The notes below the pieces were generated by a model. The model was not told where the DNA came from. It worked only from the letters and a program-made list of their open reading frames with translations, and ran no database searches. Position numbers and translations under genes: made by a program. A stretch of DNA of 6,618 nucleotides from positions 1 to 6,618 of the forward strand of contig SUPR01000149.1 of NCBI GenBank assembly GCA_005191425.1. The letters run 5' to 3'. Source of the stretch: Candidatus Helarchaeota ASGARD archaeon Hel_GB_B. Lineage in GTDB: Archaea > Asgardarchaeota > Lokiarchaeia > Helarchaeales > HEL-GB-B. Shown piece after piece: positions 1 to 6,618 of this stretch. Within the stretch, counting starts at the first letter, position 1, and each line of letters starts with the position of its first letter.

Positions 1-1
1 A

Positions 2-667
2 ATCATATCAATAATAATTTTATATTTCTTTATTAATTCATTATTTCTCTCAATAAGTCCATATTTAGATGCTTATTTTACACCAAATTCCGGCTATTAT
101 GAATCAATATCTATTATAAATATAATTAAAATAGCAGTTTATGTTTCCATTATTCCAATAACAATAATGGGGTTATATATTATACGAAAAACTTTCTATT
201 TTAGCTCAAAATATTATCTCCAAGTAACTTATAATATTGAGTCTGAAAAAAAATGGCAGTTGAAAAATTTAGAATATCTGTCCATTCCGGTAATTATTGG
301 TGTAATAATTTGTTTTATTTATTTTCAGTTAATTTGGTATCCAACATATCTATATTATTTATTTGAGACGATGACAAATTCTGGCTCGATAAATCATGTA
401 ATGGAAATGATAATAAGTCTAAGTGTTTTTACGGTAAAAAATGGATATTTTCTTATTATCAGTTTTATTTTATTGGGAATTTGGAGTATTTACGGTTTAA
501 CATTACAATTAAGTTCATTTTTATCTATAGAAAAAAAATATATTTCTATTAATATAATAGGTTTAATAAGTTTAATTGCTGGTATTATTCTCCTAATTTT
601 ATTATACTTGTATTATTCAGTTATCTATTTTCTAGGTAGTTTTAGTATTTCATATATTTTAGGCTGA
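2..667 (+). CDS. Hypothetical multi-pass membrane protein, 5'-truncated by the window edge (at least 221 aa)
   Basis: The frame of the 167..667 ORF is stop-free from position 2 (IISIIILYFFINSLFLSISPYLDAYFTPNSGYYESISIINIIKIAVYVSIIPITI-MGLY...), so ATG167 is probably internal. It has about 5-7 long Ile/Leu/Phe/Tyr-rich hydrophobic segments and ends at TGA 665-667. No family motif recognised. Confidence 0.75.
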   Translation: MISIIILYFFINSLFLSISPYLDAYFTPNSGYYESISIINIIKIAVYVSIIPITIMGLYIIRKTFYFSSKYYLQVTYNIESEKKWQLKNLEYLSIPVIIGVIICFIYFQLIWYPTYLYYLFETMTNSGSINHVMEMIISLSVFTVKNGYFLIISFILLGIWSIYGLTLQLSSFLSIEKKYISINIIGLISLIAGIILLILLYLYYSVIYFLGSFSISYILG

Positions 668-675
668 TACGAATT

Positions 676-2880
676 TTAATTCTGTTTTAACTTAAGGTTA
701 TTATCGTTGTCATCGAAATACTGCATCATTTTAGAATATATTTTCTGCTTTTTAGGGTCAGTAGTTGAAAGATATAATTTTTGAATAATAAAAAATGGCA
801 TTGATTTAGCGAAATAGTTAAATTTAGGATTCCTATCTACCATCAATTGTCCATTGTCAATCCCATTTGCCTCAATCCCATCAATCCTAAAAGGTATATT
901 TATTACTTTAAGTATCTGCTCGGCTAAATGGGAGACTAAAATACACGAAGTGCTCCTTTTTTCCCAGAATAACTCTAAAATACTTCCAACGACTTTTGCG
1001 GCAGCCCCAGGCTCAGTTATAGCTTCAAGCTCGTCCATCAAGACTAGTTTGCTTTTAGGTGAAATTATGGCATCTGCAAATTGCTTCAAACTCGTTTCAA
1101 ATGCTCCAGATGAAACAATACCTTGTGACTTTGCAAAATAATAGATTTCATCAAATGGGCCAATATTTACTTCTGCAGGAACAGGAAAACCCATTTGTGA
1201 TAAAATAACAATTTGTATAATTGTTTGTAGAAGTGTAGTTTTTCCTCCTGAATTTGCTCCCGTTAATATTATAATATCTTCATTTAAATCACAATCGAAA
1301 ATGGATGGAATATTTCCTAATTGGTAGGTAATTGGAACAGATTCAATTCCCTCTTTTAATAAAAAAATATTGTGAGCGTCCTTAAAACTAATACCCCGAA
1401 AATTTGTATAAAAATTTGGATATTTTAAATTATATTCGTCCTTAAAATACTTAACCGCTAACAGTTCGTCCAATTTAAATAAAATTTTTACCATTTTAGA
1501 AGAAATAGATTGCAAATTGCTGAGATTTTTTGCTATATTTGAAAGAAATTGGAATTCATAAAAAATTTTCTTTTTTATCAATTGATTTTTTAATTTCTGT
1601 ACTGCATAATTATCTGCTTCGATTGGAAAACTTATATCATTCGGAAATATATCAAATACAAATGAACTTTCTAAATCATCTAATTGTAATTTGTCAATTA
1701 ATTGCTCTCTACCTTTAGTTAGAGTTTTTTCAATTATTGATGATAAATTAAGTGGTATTATTTCCATTAAATTATTAAATGAAATTGCATTTGAATCATC
1801 AAGTGATTTTAACAAATTAAAAATTTGATTGCCTTCAATAGTTGTTTTAGAACTTTTAATTTCTTTTTCAATGGATTCATTTATCCAAATCTCTTGATCT
1901 GCAATAATCCCGTCAAAATTATCAATAATTTGTTTATATTTATCAAATTCTAAGCTATTTCCTGGCAATATTGATCCGTTTTTGTCTAATAATTTTATAT
2001 AAAAAATTAATTTGTCCATTTCGTCAATATTTAAATCCTGAAAATCGAAAGAAAAAAGATCGGACTTCTTTATTAAATGATTTAGGATTTTTATTAATTT
2101 ATAAGCTGTCTGGATGATTTCATAATTTGGCCCAATAAAATTACTAATCATGACTTCTGGAATTATATTTGAAATAGACCATGAGTTATCAAGTATTATA
2201 GGGTTTTCTATTCTATTTAAAAACTTCTGGTCTATTTTAGTATTTGTAATAAATATTACGAGGTCAAATGAATTGAAAAAATCTAATTCCTTATCATCAA
2301 AAGATTTTAGTAATAAAATTTTGCAGTATTTTTCAATATCTCTTTCTATTAATTTGTCATATTCCTCTTTTATATCCGTAATAATAATTCTATGTATATT
2401 TAATCGGTTTTTTACATCTAATGGTTTTAATGGTTTAATTTTTTTAAGCATTAAGCGTAATTTTTGTAATATTTCAGAACTAATCTTTTCAAGCTCTATA
2501 ATATTTTTTTTATAGTAAGATATTCTATCTTTTATTATATTAATCTTGGAAGCGGGAAGCGGAAAAAGGAGTGAAAATTTATCTTTAATGAATTGAGTCT
2601 GAGCATATGATTGAATAATCTCTGATATCTGTTCATAAATTTTAATAACTTCTTCTGTTTTTAGTATTTCATTTGAGAAAATTCCATTCATCCCTGAGTG
2701 AAACTCTTGAATTATTTTTAATGCAAGTTTACGTCCTATTCCTTTAATTGATGCTATTTCACTAATTCTGGCTTCTTCAATTGCTTTTATGACTGTCTCT
2801 TCATCTACAAAATAATTAATGAGTTTTTCTGAAATTTTTGGCCCTAAACCCTGAATTGATGTCAATATTTTATTTTTCAT
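676..2880 (-). CDS. mutS5: MutS-family ATPase with N-terminal tandem HhH motifs (archaeal MutS5-type), 734 aa
   Basis: C-terminal MutS ATPase domain: Walker A GANSGGKT (residues 541-548, nt 1237-1260), QMGFPVPAE, SSGAFETSL signature, Walker B LVLMDELE, and SHL motif. N-terminus has two HhH motifs (SIQGLGPK, SIKGIGRK). No recognisable mismatch-recognition domain or C-terminal Smr domain. AGGA lies shortly upstream of the ATG. MutS family is certain; the MutS5 subfamily call rests on recalled domain architecture. Confidence 0.88.
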   Translation of the reverse strand: MKNKILTSIQGLGPKISEKLINYFVDEETVIKAIEEARISEIASIKGIGRKLALKIIQEFHSGMNGIFSNEILKTEEVIKIYEQISEIIQSYAQTQFIKDKFSLLFPLPASKINIIKDRISYYKKNIIELEKISSEILQKLRLMLKKIKPLKPLDVKNRLNIHRIIITDIKEEYDKLIERDIEKYCKILLLKSFDDKELDFFNSFDLVIFITNTKIDQKFLNRIENPIILDNSWSISNIIPEVMISNFIGPNYEIIQTAYKLIKILNHLIKKSDLFSFDFQDLNIDEMDKLIFYIKLLDKNGSILPGNSLEFDKYKQIIDNFDGIIADQEIWINESIEKEIKSSKTTIEGNQIFNLLKSLDDSNAISFNNLMEIIPLNLSSIIEKTLTKGREQLIDKLQLDDLESSFVFDIFPNDISFPIEADNYAVQKLKNQLIKKKIFYEFQFLSNIAKNLSNLQSISSKMVKILFKLDELLAVKYFKDEYNLKYPNFYTNFRGISFKDAHNIFLLKEGIESVPITYQLGNIPSIFDCDLNEDIIILTGANSGGKTTLLQTIIQIVILSQMGFPVPAEVNIGPFDEIYYFAKSQGIVSSGAFETSLKQFADAIISPKSKLVLMDELEAITEPGAAAKVVGSILELFWEKRSTSCILVSHLAEQILKVINIPFRIDGIEANGIDNGQLMVDRNPKFNYFAKSMPFFIIQKLYLSTTDPKKQKIYSKMMQYFDDNDNNLKLKQN

Positions 2881-3120
2881 TGTTTGTCCTATTCCTTAAT
2901 ATTTTTCTTAAATTCAAAAGTATTTTTGTCGGGAAACGAAATTTCACATTTTTATAGAAAATAAACTAATTTTCAAACATAAAATTAGAATTTTAAAGAA
3001 GTCTGGTGTATACTTAAAAACTAAAAAATCTTAAAAATGAAGATAATACTTCGTTTAATCCTTTTTAATAAGATATTTAATTATTTCAGATAAAGTGAAA
3101 AATCAGAATATAATAATAAT

Positions 3121-3135
3121 AAAAAAATAAAAAAA
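3121..3135 (-). terminator. Archaeal-type oligo-T terminator downstream of the radical SAM gene
   Basis: The minus strand reads TTTTTTTATTTTTTT about 30 nt after the stop codon at 3166-3168. Confidence 0.55.
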
Positions 3136-3165
3136 TTGATATTGATAGTAGTTAGGTACGCTTTA

Positions 3166-4797
3166 TTATCTTAAATTCGACTTTATTCTTCTTATGTTTG
3201 TTTTTATAATGTTAATTGGTTTCAAGCCAACTGCTTCTTTCATTAATTCTTTCCGCATATTGAAAATTGGGTCATTGTGCCAACCATAGTAGAACATGTA
3301 TCCACCGCTAAATACAAATTTGGTTGTAATTTTTGTAGCAAAATTTTCAAGTGGACTTTTATCTTGTGGCGATAGCCAATCTTTCTTGTATATATGTATA
3401 TTGTGTTCCCATGATCTCAAAAACACTTCTAATTGTGTTTCTGATAAATTTTCAAAAATTGCCCTCTTCTCCTTATTTAAAATGCAATCCTGTAAATTAA
3501 TGAATAGTAGTGGTATTAAAAATAATTTTGAATTGAAAATTCTGTCCAAAAGTTCAAGATTCTTAAGCGCATCATCTTCATTTTCATCTGGGAGTCCCAC
3601 TATAATTGTCCCTGCTGGTGTCCATTGATTATCATTTAATATACCCAATGCCTGTTCTACTATATCTGGCCATTCTTCAGGTTTAAATGGCAATGGTTTA
3701 CCTCGCATATACCTCTTGATCAATCGTACAGAGCCAGTTTCAATTCCCGTTTCTGCTGCAATAATTGGTTTATTGTTATATGTAAATCTATTGTAATCAA
3801 TAAGTATATGAGCTGCTTCTTGGACTAATTCTGGGTCTGCAACTACTGGTGCTAACGATATATGGGCTGGTTGAATAGCTTTTAATCCGGGAACTTTACT
3901 AATTTTTTCTAGTAAATCCACAACTGCTAGTGAATTGGGATAAAATTTTGGACTATTACATTTATACAAAAATAAGTCCTCTGTTGCTAATGTTATAAGT
4001 CCATCTCCACCATATTTCAAATTTGTTTTTATTTCTTTAATAATATGTGATATTGGTACATTTCTCCTTTTTCTCATGGTCGGTGTACAAAATTGGCAGT
4101 TTCTACCGCAACCTCTTGATATTTCCACAACTCCATGCACTGATGGGTCATATATTGGTAATAACTTATCAACAGTCGGATTTTTTTTAATTCTAATAAC
4201 TTCGGGTACAGGTTCGCCATTTATTATCGATTCAAATATTTCACCAATTTCAATATCTGCTTCACCCAGAACTATATGGTCAATTCCTAAAAATTCCCGA
4301 GCTTTTTTACCAAGTTGCCATGCACCTGCTCCTCCAACAACTATCTTCAAATGAGGATTCTTCTTAAATACTTTATTGGCTAGTAATTTTTGAAATGAAT
4401 GAAGTGTACCAGGAATTTCTCCAAAACCAAGAAAAGTTGAATATGTTTGGCTAACATAAGCCAATCCTAATGGATCCATTGAAGAAATAGCTACAATTTT
4501 AGTATTTGGACCAACGAATTTTTTTAAATTATGGGGTTGACATACAACCACATCTTCTCTACTAAAATGTTCTAATAGACCTGCTTCGACCTTCCTTAGA
4601 CCATACGGTGCATACCTAGCTGAACCATCTTCATTATCTTCTAACATAGGCCAATAAAGCGATCTCGAAGTCCATATTGGAAACCTATATGGAAATCCAC
4701 CCAAAAAAGCTAAAAATGGGTTATTCTTGAAATCTGACATTTCTATTTCTGATGCCGTTAACACAATCTTTGTTCCGTTATTTTTCATTGTAATCAA
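3166..4797 (-). CDS. B12-binding-domain radical SAM protein, similar to archaeal tetraether-lipid-modifying enzymes (Grs/Gms/Gmm-like), 540-543 aa
   Basis: CxxxCxxC motif GCGRNCQFC (C230/C234/C237, nt 4087-4110), preceded by a cobalamin-binding-like domain (IVVGGAGAWQL...DHIVLGEAD). Also has ETGIETGS and IIVGLPDE radical SAM barrel motifs. The ORF track starts at TTG4797; ATG4788 (MKNNGTKIVLTAS) is an in-frame alternative. Confidence is about 0.95 for radical SAM/B12 and about 0.6 for the lipid-modifying subfamily. Confidence 0.9.
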   Translation of the reverse strand: MITMKNNGTKIVLTASEIEMSDFKNNPFLAFLGGFPYRFPIWTSRSLYWPMLEDNEDGSARYAPYGLRKVEAGLLEHFSREDVVVCQPHNLKKFVGPNTKIVAISSMDPLGLAYVSQTYSTFLGFGEIPGTLHSFQKLLANKVFKKNPHLKIVVGGAGAWQLGKKAREFLGIDHIVLGEADIEIGEIFESIINGEPVPEVIRIKKNPTVDKLLPIYDPSVHGVVEISRGCGRNCQFCTPTMRKRRNVPISHIIKEIKTNLKYGGDGLITLATEDLFLYKCNSPKFYPNSLAVVDLLEKISKVPGLKAIQPAHISLAPVVADPELVQEAAHILIDYNRFTYNNKPIIAAETGIETGSVRLIKRYMRGKPLPFKPEEWPDIVEQALGILNDNQWTPAGTIIVGLPDENEDDALKNLELLDRIFNSKLFLIPLLFINLQDCILNKEKRAIFENLSETQLEVFLRSWEHNIHIYKKDWLSPQDKSPLENFATKITTKFVFSGGYMFYYGWHNDPIFNMRKELMKEAVGLKPINIIKTNIRRIKSNLR

Positions 4798-4843
4798 TCT
4801 TTAAATTAATTCTTTTTTTATTGAATTAAATTAATATTTTTCC

Positions 4844-4858
4844 TATTTATATTTTTAC
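4844..4858 (-). promoter_or_regulatory. Putative BRE/TATA promoter of the radical SAM gene
   Basis: The minus strand reads GTAAAAA-TATAAATA (4858 to 4844), an A-rich BRE-like run followed by a TATA box, about 47-56 nt upstream of the candidate start codons. Confidence 0.4.
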
Positions 4859-4980
4859 AATAATAAAACTAAATTTAATTTAAAAAAATTGCTTATTTAT
4901 TAAAAAATATTTAATTATAAAAAAATTTGTTAATAATAAAAAGAAATTATAAAATAAACACTTTTTTGGACTCAGTATTT

Positions 4981-5010
4981 AAAAAAAGTTAAATTTAAAG
5001 AGCGAAAAAA
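4981..5010 (-). terminator. Possible oligo-T terminator downstream of the wHTH gene
   Basis: Minus-strand T6 (5010-5005) and T7 (4987-4981) runs lie within 35 nt of the stop codon. Confidence 0.4.
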
Positions 5011-5015
5011 TAATT

Positions 5016-5288
5016 TTAATTGATATTATTTAAACAATATTTTACTATACGTTTATCTATCTTATCTCTTCTAGATTTTTTTACTAATCGTTCTTTACGA
5101 ATAAGACCATTTTCTAAAAGAATCTTTAAAGCATGGCCTATTGTTCTACTAGATAGTAGAGTTTGATTAATTAATTCTTTTCTACTAATGGTTCCCTTAA
5201 GATTTAAAATGTATAAAACAAATTTAGCCGATGGCGGTAAAGAATATAAATTTCTATAATTGTTCCTAAATTGAGAATTCCAATCCAT
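5016..5288 (-). CDS. Small winged helix-turn-helix DNA-binding protein (MarR/TrmB-like, archaeal 'LPPSAK' type), about 90 aa
   Basis: LPPSAKFVLYIL-KGTISRKEL-QTLLSSRTIGHALKILLENGLI pattern of a wHTH core, followed by a basic wing ending in Y. ATG5288 is preferred over GTG5297 because the GTG sits inside an SD-like GAAGTGA located 5 nt before that ATG. Confidence 0.82.
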   Translation of the reverse strand: MDWNSQFRNNYRNLYSLPPSAKFVLYILNLKGTISRKELINQTLLSSRTIGHALKILLENGLIRKERLVKKSRRDKIDKRIVKYCLNNIN

Positions 5289-5293
5289 AATTT

Positions 5294-5300
5294 TCACTTC
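5294..5300 (-). promoter_or_regulatory. Shine-Dalgarno-like site of the wHTH gene
   Basis: GAAGTGA resembles the archaeal GGAGGTGA consensus and lies 5 nt before ATG5288. Confidence 0.45.
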
Positions 5301-5329
5301 TTATATAATAATATTATATTTAACTATTA

Positions 5330-5345
5330 TAATATTCGAATATTA
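5330..5345. repeat. Perfect 16-bp palindrome TAATATTCGAATATTA upstream of the wHTH gene
   Basis: Read directly from the sequence. It is followed by a second palindrome, ATATTTAAATAT (5348-5359). Confidence 0.7.
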
Positions 5346-5490
5346 ACATATTTAAATATTTCCCATAACCAAAAAATAAGAAGATAATTCGCTTAATATA
5401 TAAAAAATAGAATTAAATAATTTAATTGATAGATTCTATAAAAATATTTATTTATTTAAATCAGATATTATAATTATAAAATAATTTATC

Positions 5491-5826
5491 CTATGTTAAT
5501 GTATCTATAATATTTTTAGTTGTGATTTCATCAATGCTTTCTTTCGTTTGAGTGCTAATATAGTTAATAATTAATAGTATTATTTCATGAATATCTGGAT
5601 TTTTGATTTTATAATAACTTTTATTTCCATCTTTCCTAAAGATAACCACATTAGTGTCTGTTAATTTCTTTAGGTGTTGAGATATAGTTGATTGTTTTTT
5701 ACCTAATTCTGATTGTATTTCATTAACACTTTTTTCTTTGTCTTTTAATACTTCAATAATTTTTAATCTAAGTGGATGGGCGATATTTCTTAAAAATGTT
5801 GCTATTCTGTTTTCAATACCTTCCAT
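5491..5826 (-). CDS. ArsR/SmtB-family transcriptional regulator, 111 aa
   Basis: IAHPLRLKIIEVL, SVNEIQSELGKKQSTISQHLKKL (HTH) and VIFRKDGNKSYYKI (wing) match the ArsR consensus closely. Confidence 0.93.
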   Translation of the reverse strand: MEGIENRIATFLRNIAHPLRLKIIEVLKDKEKSVNEIQSELGKKQSTISQHLKKLTDTNVVIFRKDGNKSYYKIKNPDIHEIILLIINYISTQTKESIDEITTKNIIDTLT

Positions 5827-5848
5827 AATTTTACAACTTAAAATAATA

Positions 5849-5856
5849 TTTATAAA
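5849..5856 (-). promoter_or_regulatory. Putative TATA box of the ArsR-family gene
   Basis: TTTATAAA ends about 23 nt upstream of ATG5826, the spacing expected for a leaderless or short-leader archaeal transcript. The background is AT-rich, so chance matches are common. Confidence 0.55.
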
Positions 5857-5908
5857 TATAAGTGTAAATTTTAGCTTTTGATTTAAAAAGTAATAAGGTA
5901 ATACGCTT

Positions 5909-6072
5909 TTTTGGGTAATAATTATAATAAAAAATCAATTTACTTTAAAATTATAAATCATTTTAGTGAATTATAAAAATTATTTCTTAAAAGAAATAGG
6001 TATTTTAAGAATAAAAAATTTTGACATATTCAGTTAAATTTTCCGGTCGTTTTGGGTAATATTATTATAATT
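5909..6072. repeat. Direct repeat, two copies of TTTTGGGTAATA(+ATTATAAT)
   Basis: Exact 12-mer at 5909-5920 and 6050-6061, 141 bp apart. Each is followed by ATTATAAT, directly in copy 1 and after a 2-nt insert in copy 2. Confidence 0.7.
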
Positions 6073-6616
6073 TTAATCCAATAGACTTTGATAATTTGTC
6101 CCATTTTTTTAAATAGATTTTTGAAACCTTATTTTTTACTGGAGTTTTGGATATTTTATGTATTAGGAGGTCCAAGATAATGTTTTGCATTAATAGACTA
6201 ATGGTAGAAAAATTTTCCAGGTTTTTATTAAGTTCTTGTTCATTATTATATGTTTTAATTATTTGGTTATTTTTAGAAACAAGAGTTTTTTCAAATTTAT
6301 AATAATTTTGAACAATTGAAGCTCGAGTAGTATAATCTTTTAATACTAGTCTGTGTAATTTTTCGTGTTTCCACCATAACGAATTTGGGTCATAATTTTT
6401 ATTAGGGAAGTTATAATCTTTAGGTAGTCCAATATTTCTCAAGAAAAAGGGTTTAAAAAGTCCAATACAAGGAGCGGATGTACATGTGAACCAATGGGTA
6501 TGGACATCGCCCAAATGCGAGATCATCGAATTTACTGTTTGAGATAACGAATTAACTGAATAATGCATACATATTTGCATTGTCGCTTTTGCCGGGTTAA
6601 ATTCTTTATTATTATT
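6065..6616 (-). CDS. C-terminal portion of a peptidase C69/secernin-like Ntn-hydrolase, truncated by the window edge (at least 183 aa)
   Basis: The frame stays open upstream of ATG6580 to the window end (NNNKEFNPAKAT-MQICMH). Motifs ICMH, SQTVNSMISHL, HWFTCTSAPCIGLFKP and YDPNSLWWKHEKLHR resemble the C-terminal half of C69 dipeptidase/secernin proteins as I recall them. The N-terminal catalytic residue lies outside the window. Confidence 0.75.
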   Translation of the reverse strand, partial: NNNKEFNPAKATMQICMHYSVNSLSQTVNSMISHLGDVHTHWFTCTSAPCIGLFKPFFLRNIGLPKDYNFPNKNYDPNSLWWKHEKLHRLVLKDYTTRASIVQNYYKFEKTLVSKNNQIIKTYNNEQELNKNLENFSTISLLMQNIILDLLIHKISKTPVKNKVSKIYLKKWDKLSKSIGLKL

Positions 6617-6618
6617 AT

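Noticed and set aside
665-679. Possible selenocysteine readthrough of TGA665
   Set aside because: Only three codons follow before TAA, there is no Sec-type motif context, and no SECIS-like structure is evident.
854-2515. + strand ORFs 854..1141, 1530..1718 and 2150..2515
   Set aside because: They lie entirely antisense to the well-supported MutS gene, have no recognisable motifs, and are typical shadow ORFs.
3037-3093. 18-codon + strand ORF MKIILRLILFNKIFNYFR in the mutS-radical SAM spacer
   Set aside because: Too short, with no clear ribosome-binding site or motif; such ORFs are expected by chance in AT-rich DNA.
3296-4354. + strand ORFs 3296..3628 and 4076..4354
   Set aside because: They are antisense shadows of the radical SAM gene with no independent evidence.
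3166-4797. Visibly higher GC in the radical SAM gene than in flanking genes, suggesting horizontal transfer
   Set aside because: Explained by its Gly/Pro/Ala-rich amino-acid composition; no mobility genes or boundary repeats are seen.
4801-4835. Direct repeat TTAAATTAAT (4801 and 4826) and short inverted repeat TTAATTC/GAATTAA
   Set aside because: Nearly all A/T and short, so indistinguishable from background.
5461-5493. Possible pyrrolysine readthrough of the ArsR TAG stop
   Set aside because: It would add only about 10 residues, the domain is already complete, and there is no supporting signal.
6021-6026. Bacterial -35-like TTGACA
   Set aside because: No + strand gene follows, and the context looks archaeal.
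676-6616. Treating the five minus-strand genes as one operon or a novel defence/repair system
   Set aside because: Spacers of about 190-285 bp carry their own promoter-like or terminator-like signals, and the predicted functions (recombination, lipid modification, peptidase) are unrelated. No CRISPR array, nuclease or mobile-element gene is visible.

Overview
Very AT-rich window that looks archaeal (TATA/BRE-like boxes, oligo-T terminators, archaeal-type gene families). An Asgard/Lokiarchaeia-like origin is my guess from composition and gene style, not something the sequence proves. It holds six genes. On the + strand is an unknown multi-pass membrane protein, truncated at the left edge. On the - strand are five co-oriented genes with wide spacers: a helix-hairpin-helix (HhH)-fused MutS-family ATPase of the archaeal MutS5 type, a B12-binding radical SAM enzyme resembling the Grs/Gms/Gmm tetraether-lipid-modifying family, two small winged-helix regulators, and the C-terminal part of a C69/secernin-like peptidase truncated at the right edge. 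I found no RNA gene, CRISPR array, transposase or frameshift. I cannot support a coherent new multi-gene system. The best leads are the radical SAM enzyme, the HhH-MutS, the tandem regulators with candidate operators, and a GGG-containing direct repeat in the last intergenic region.
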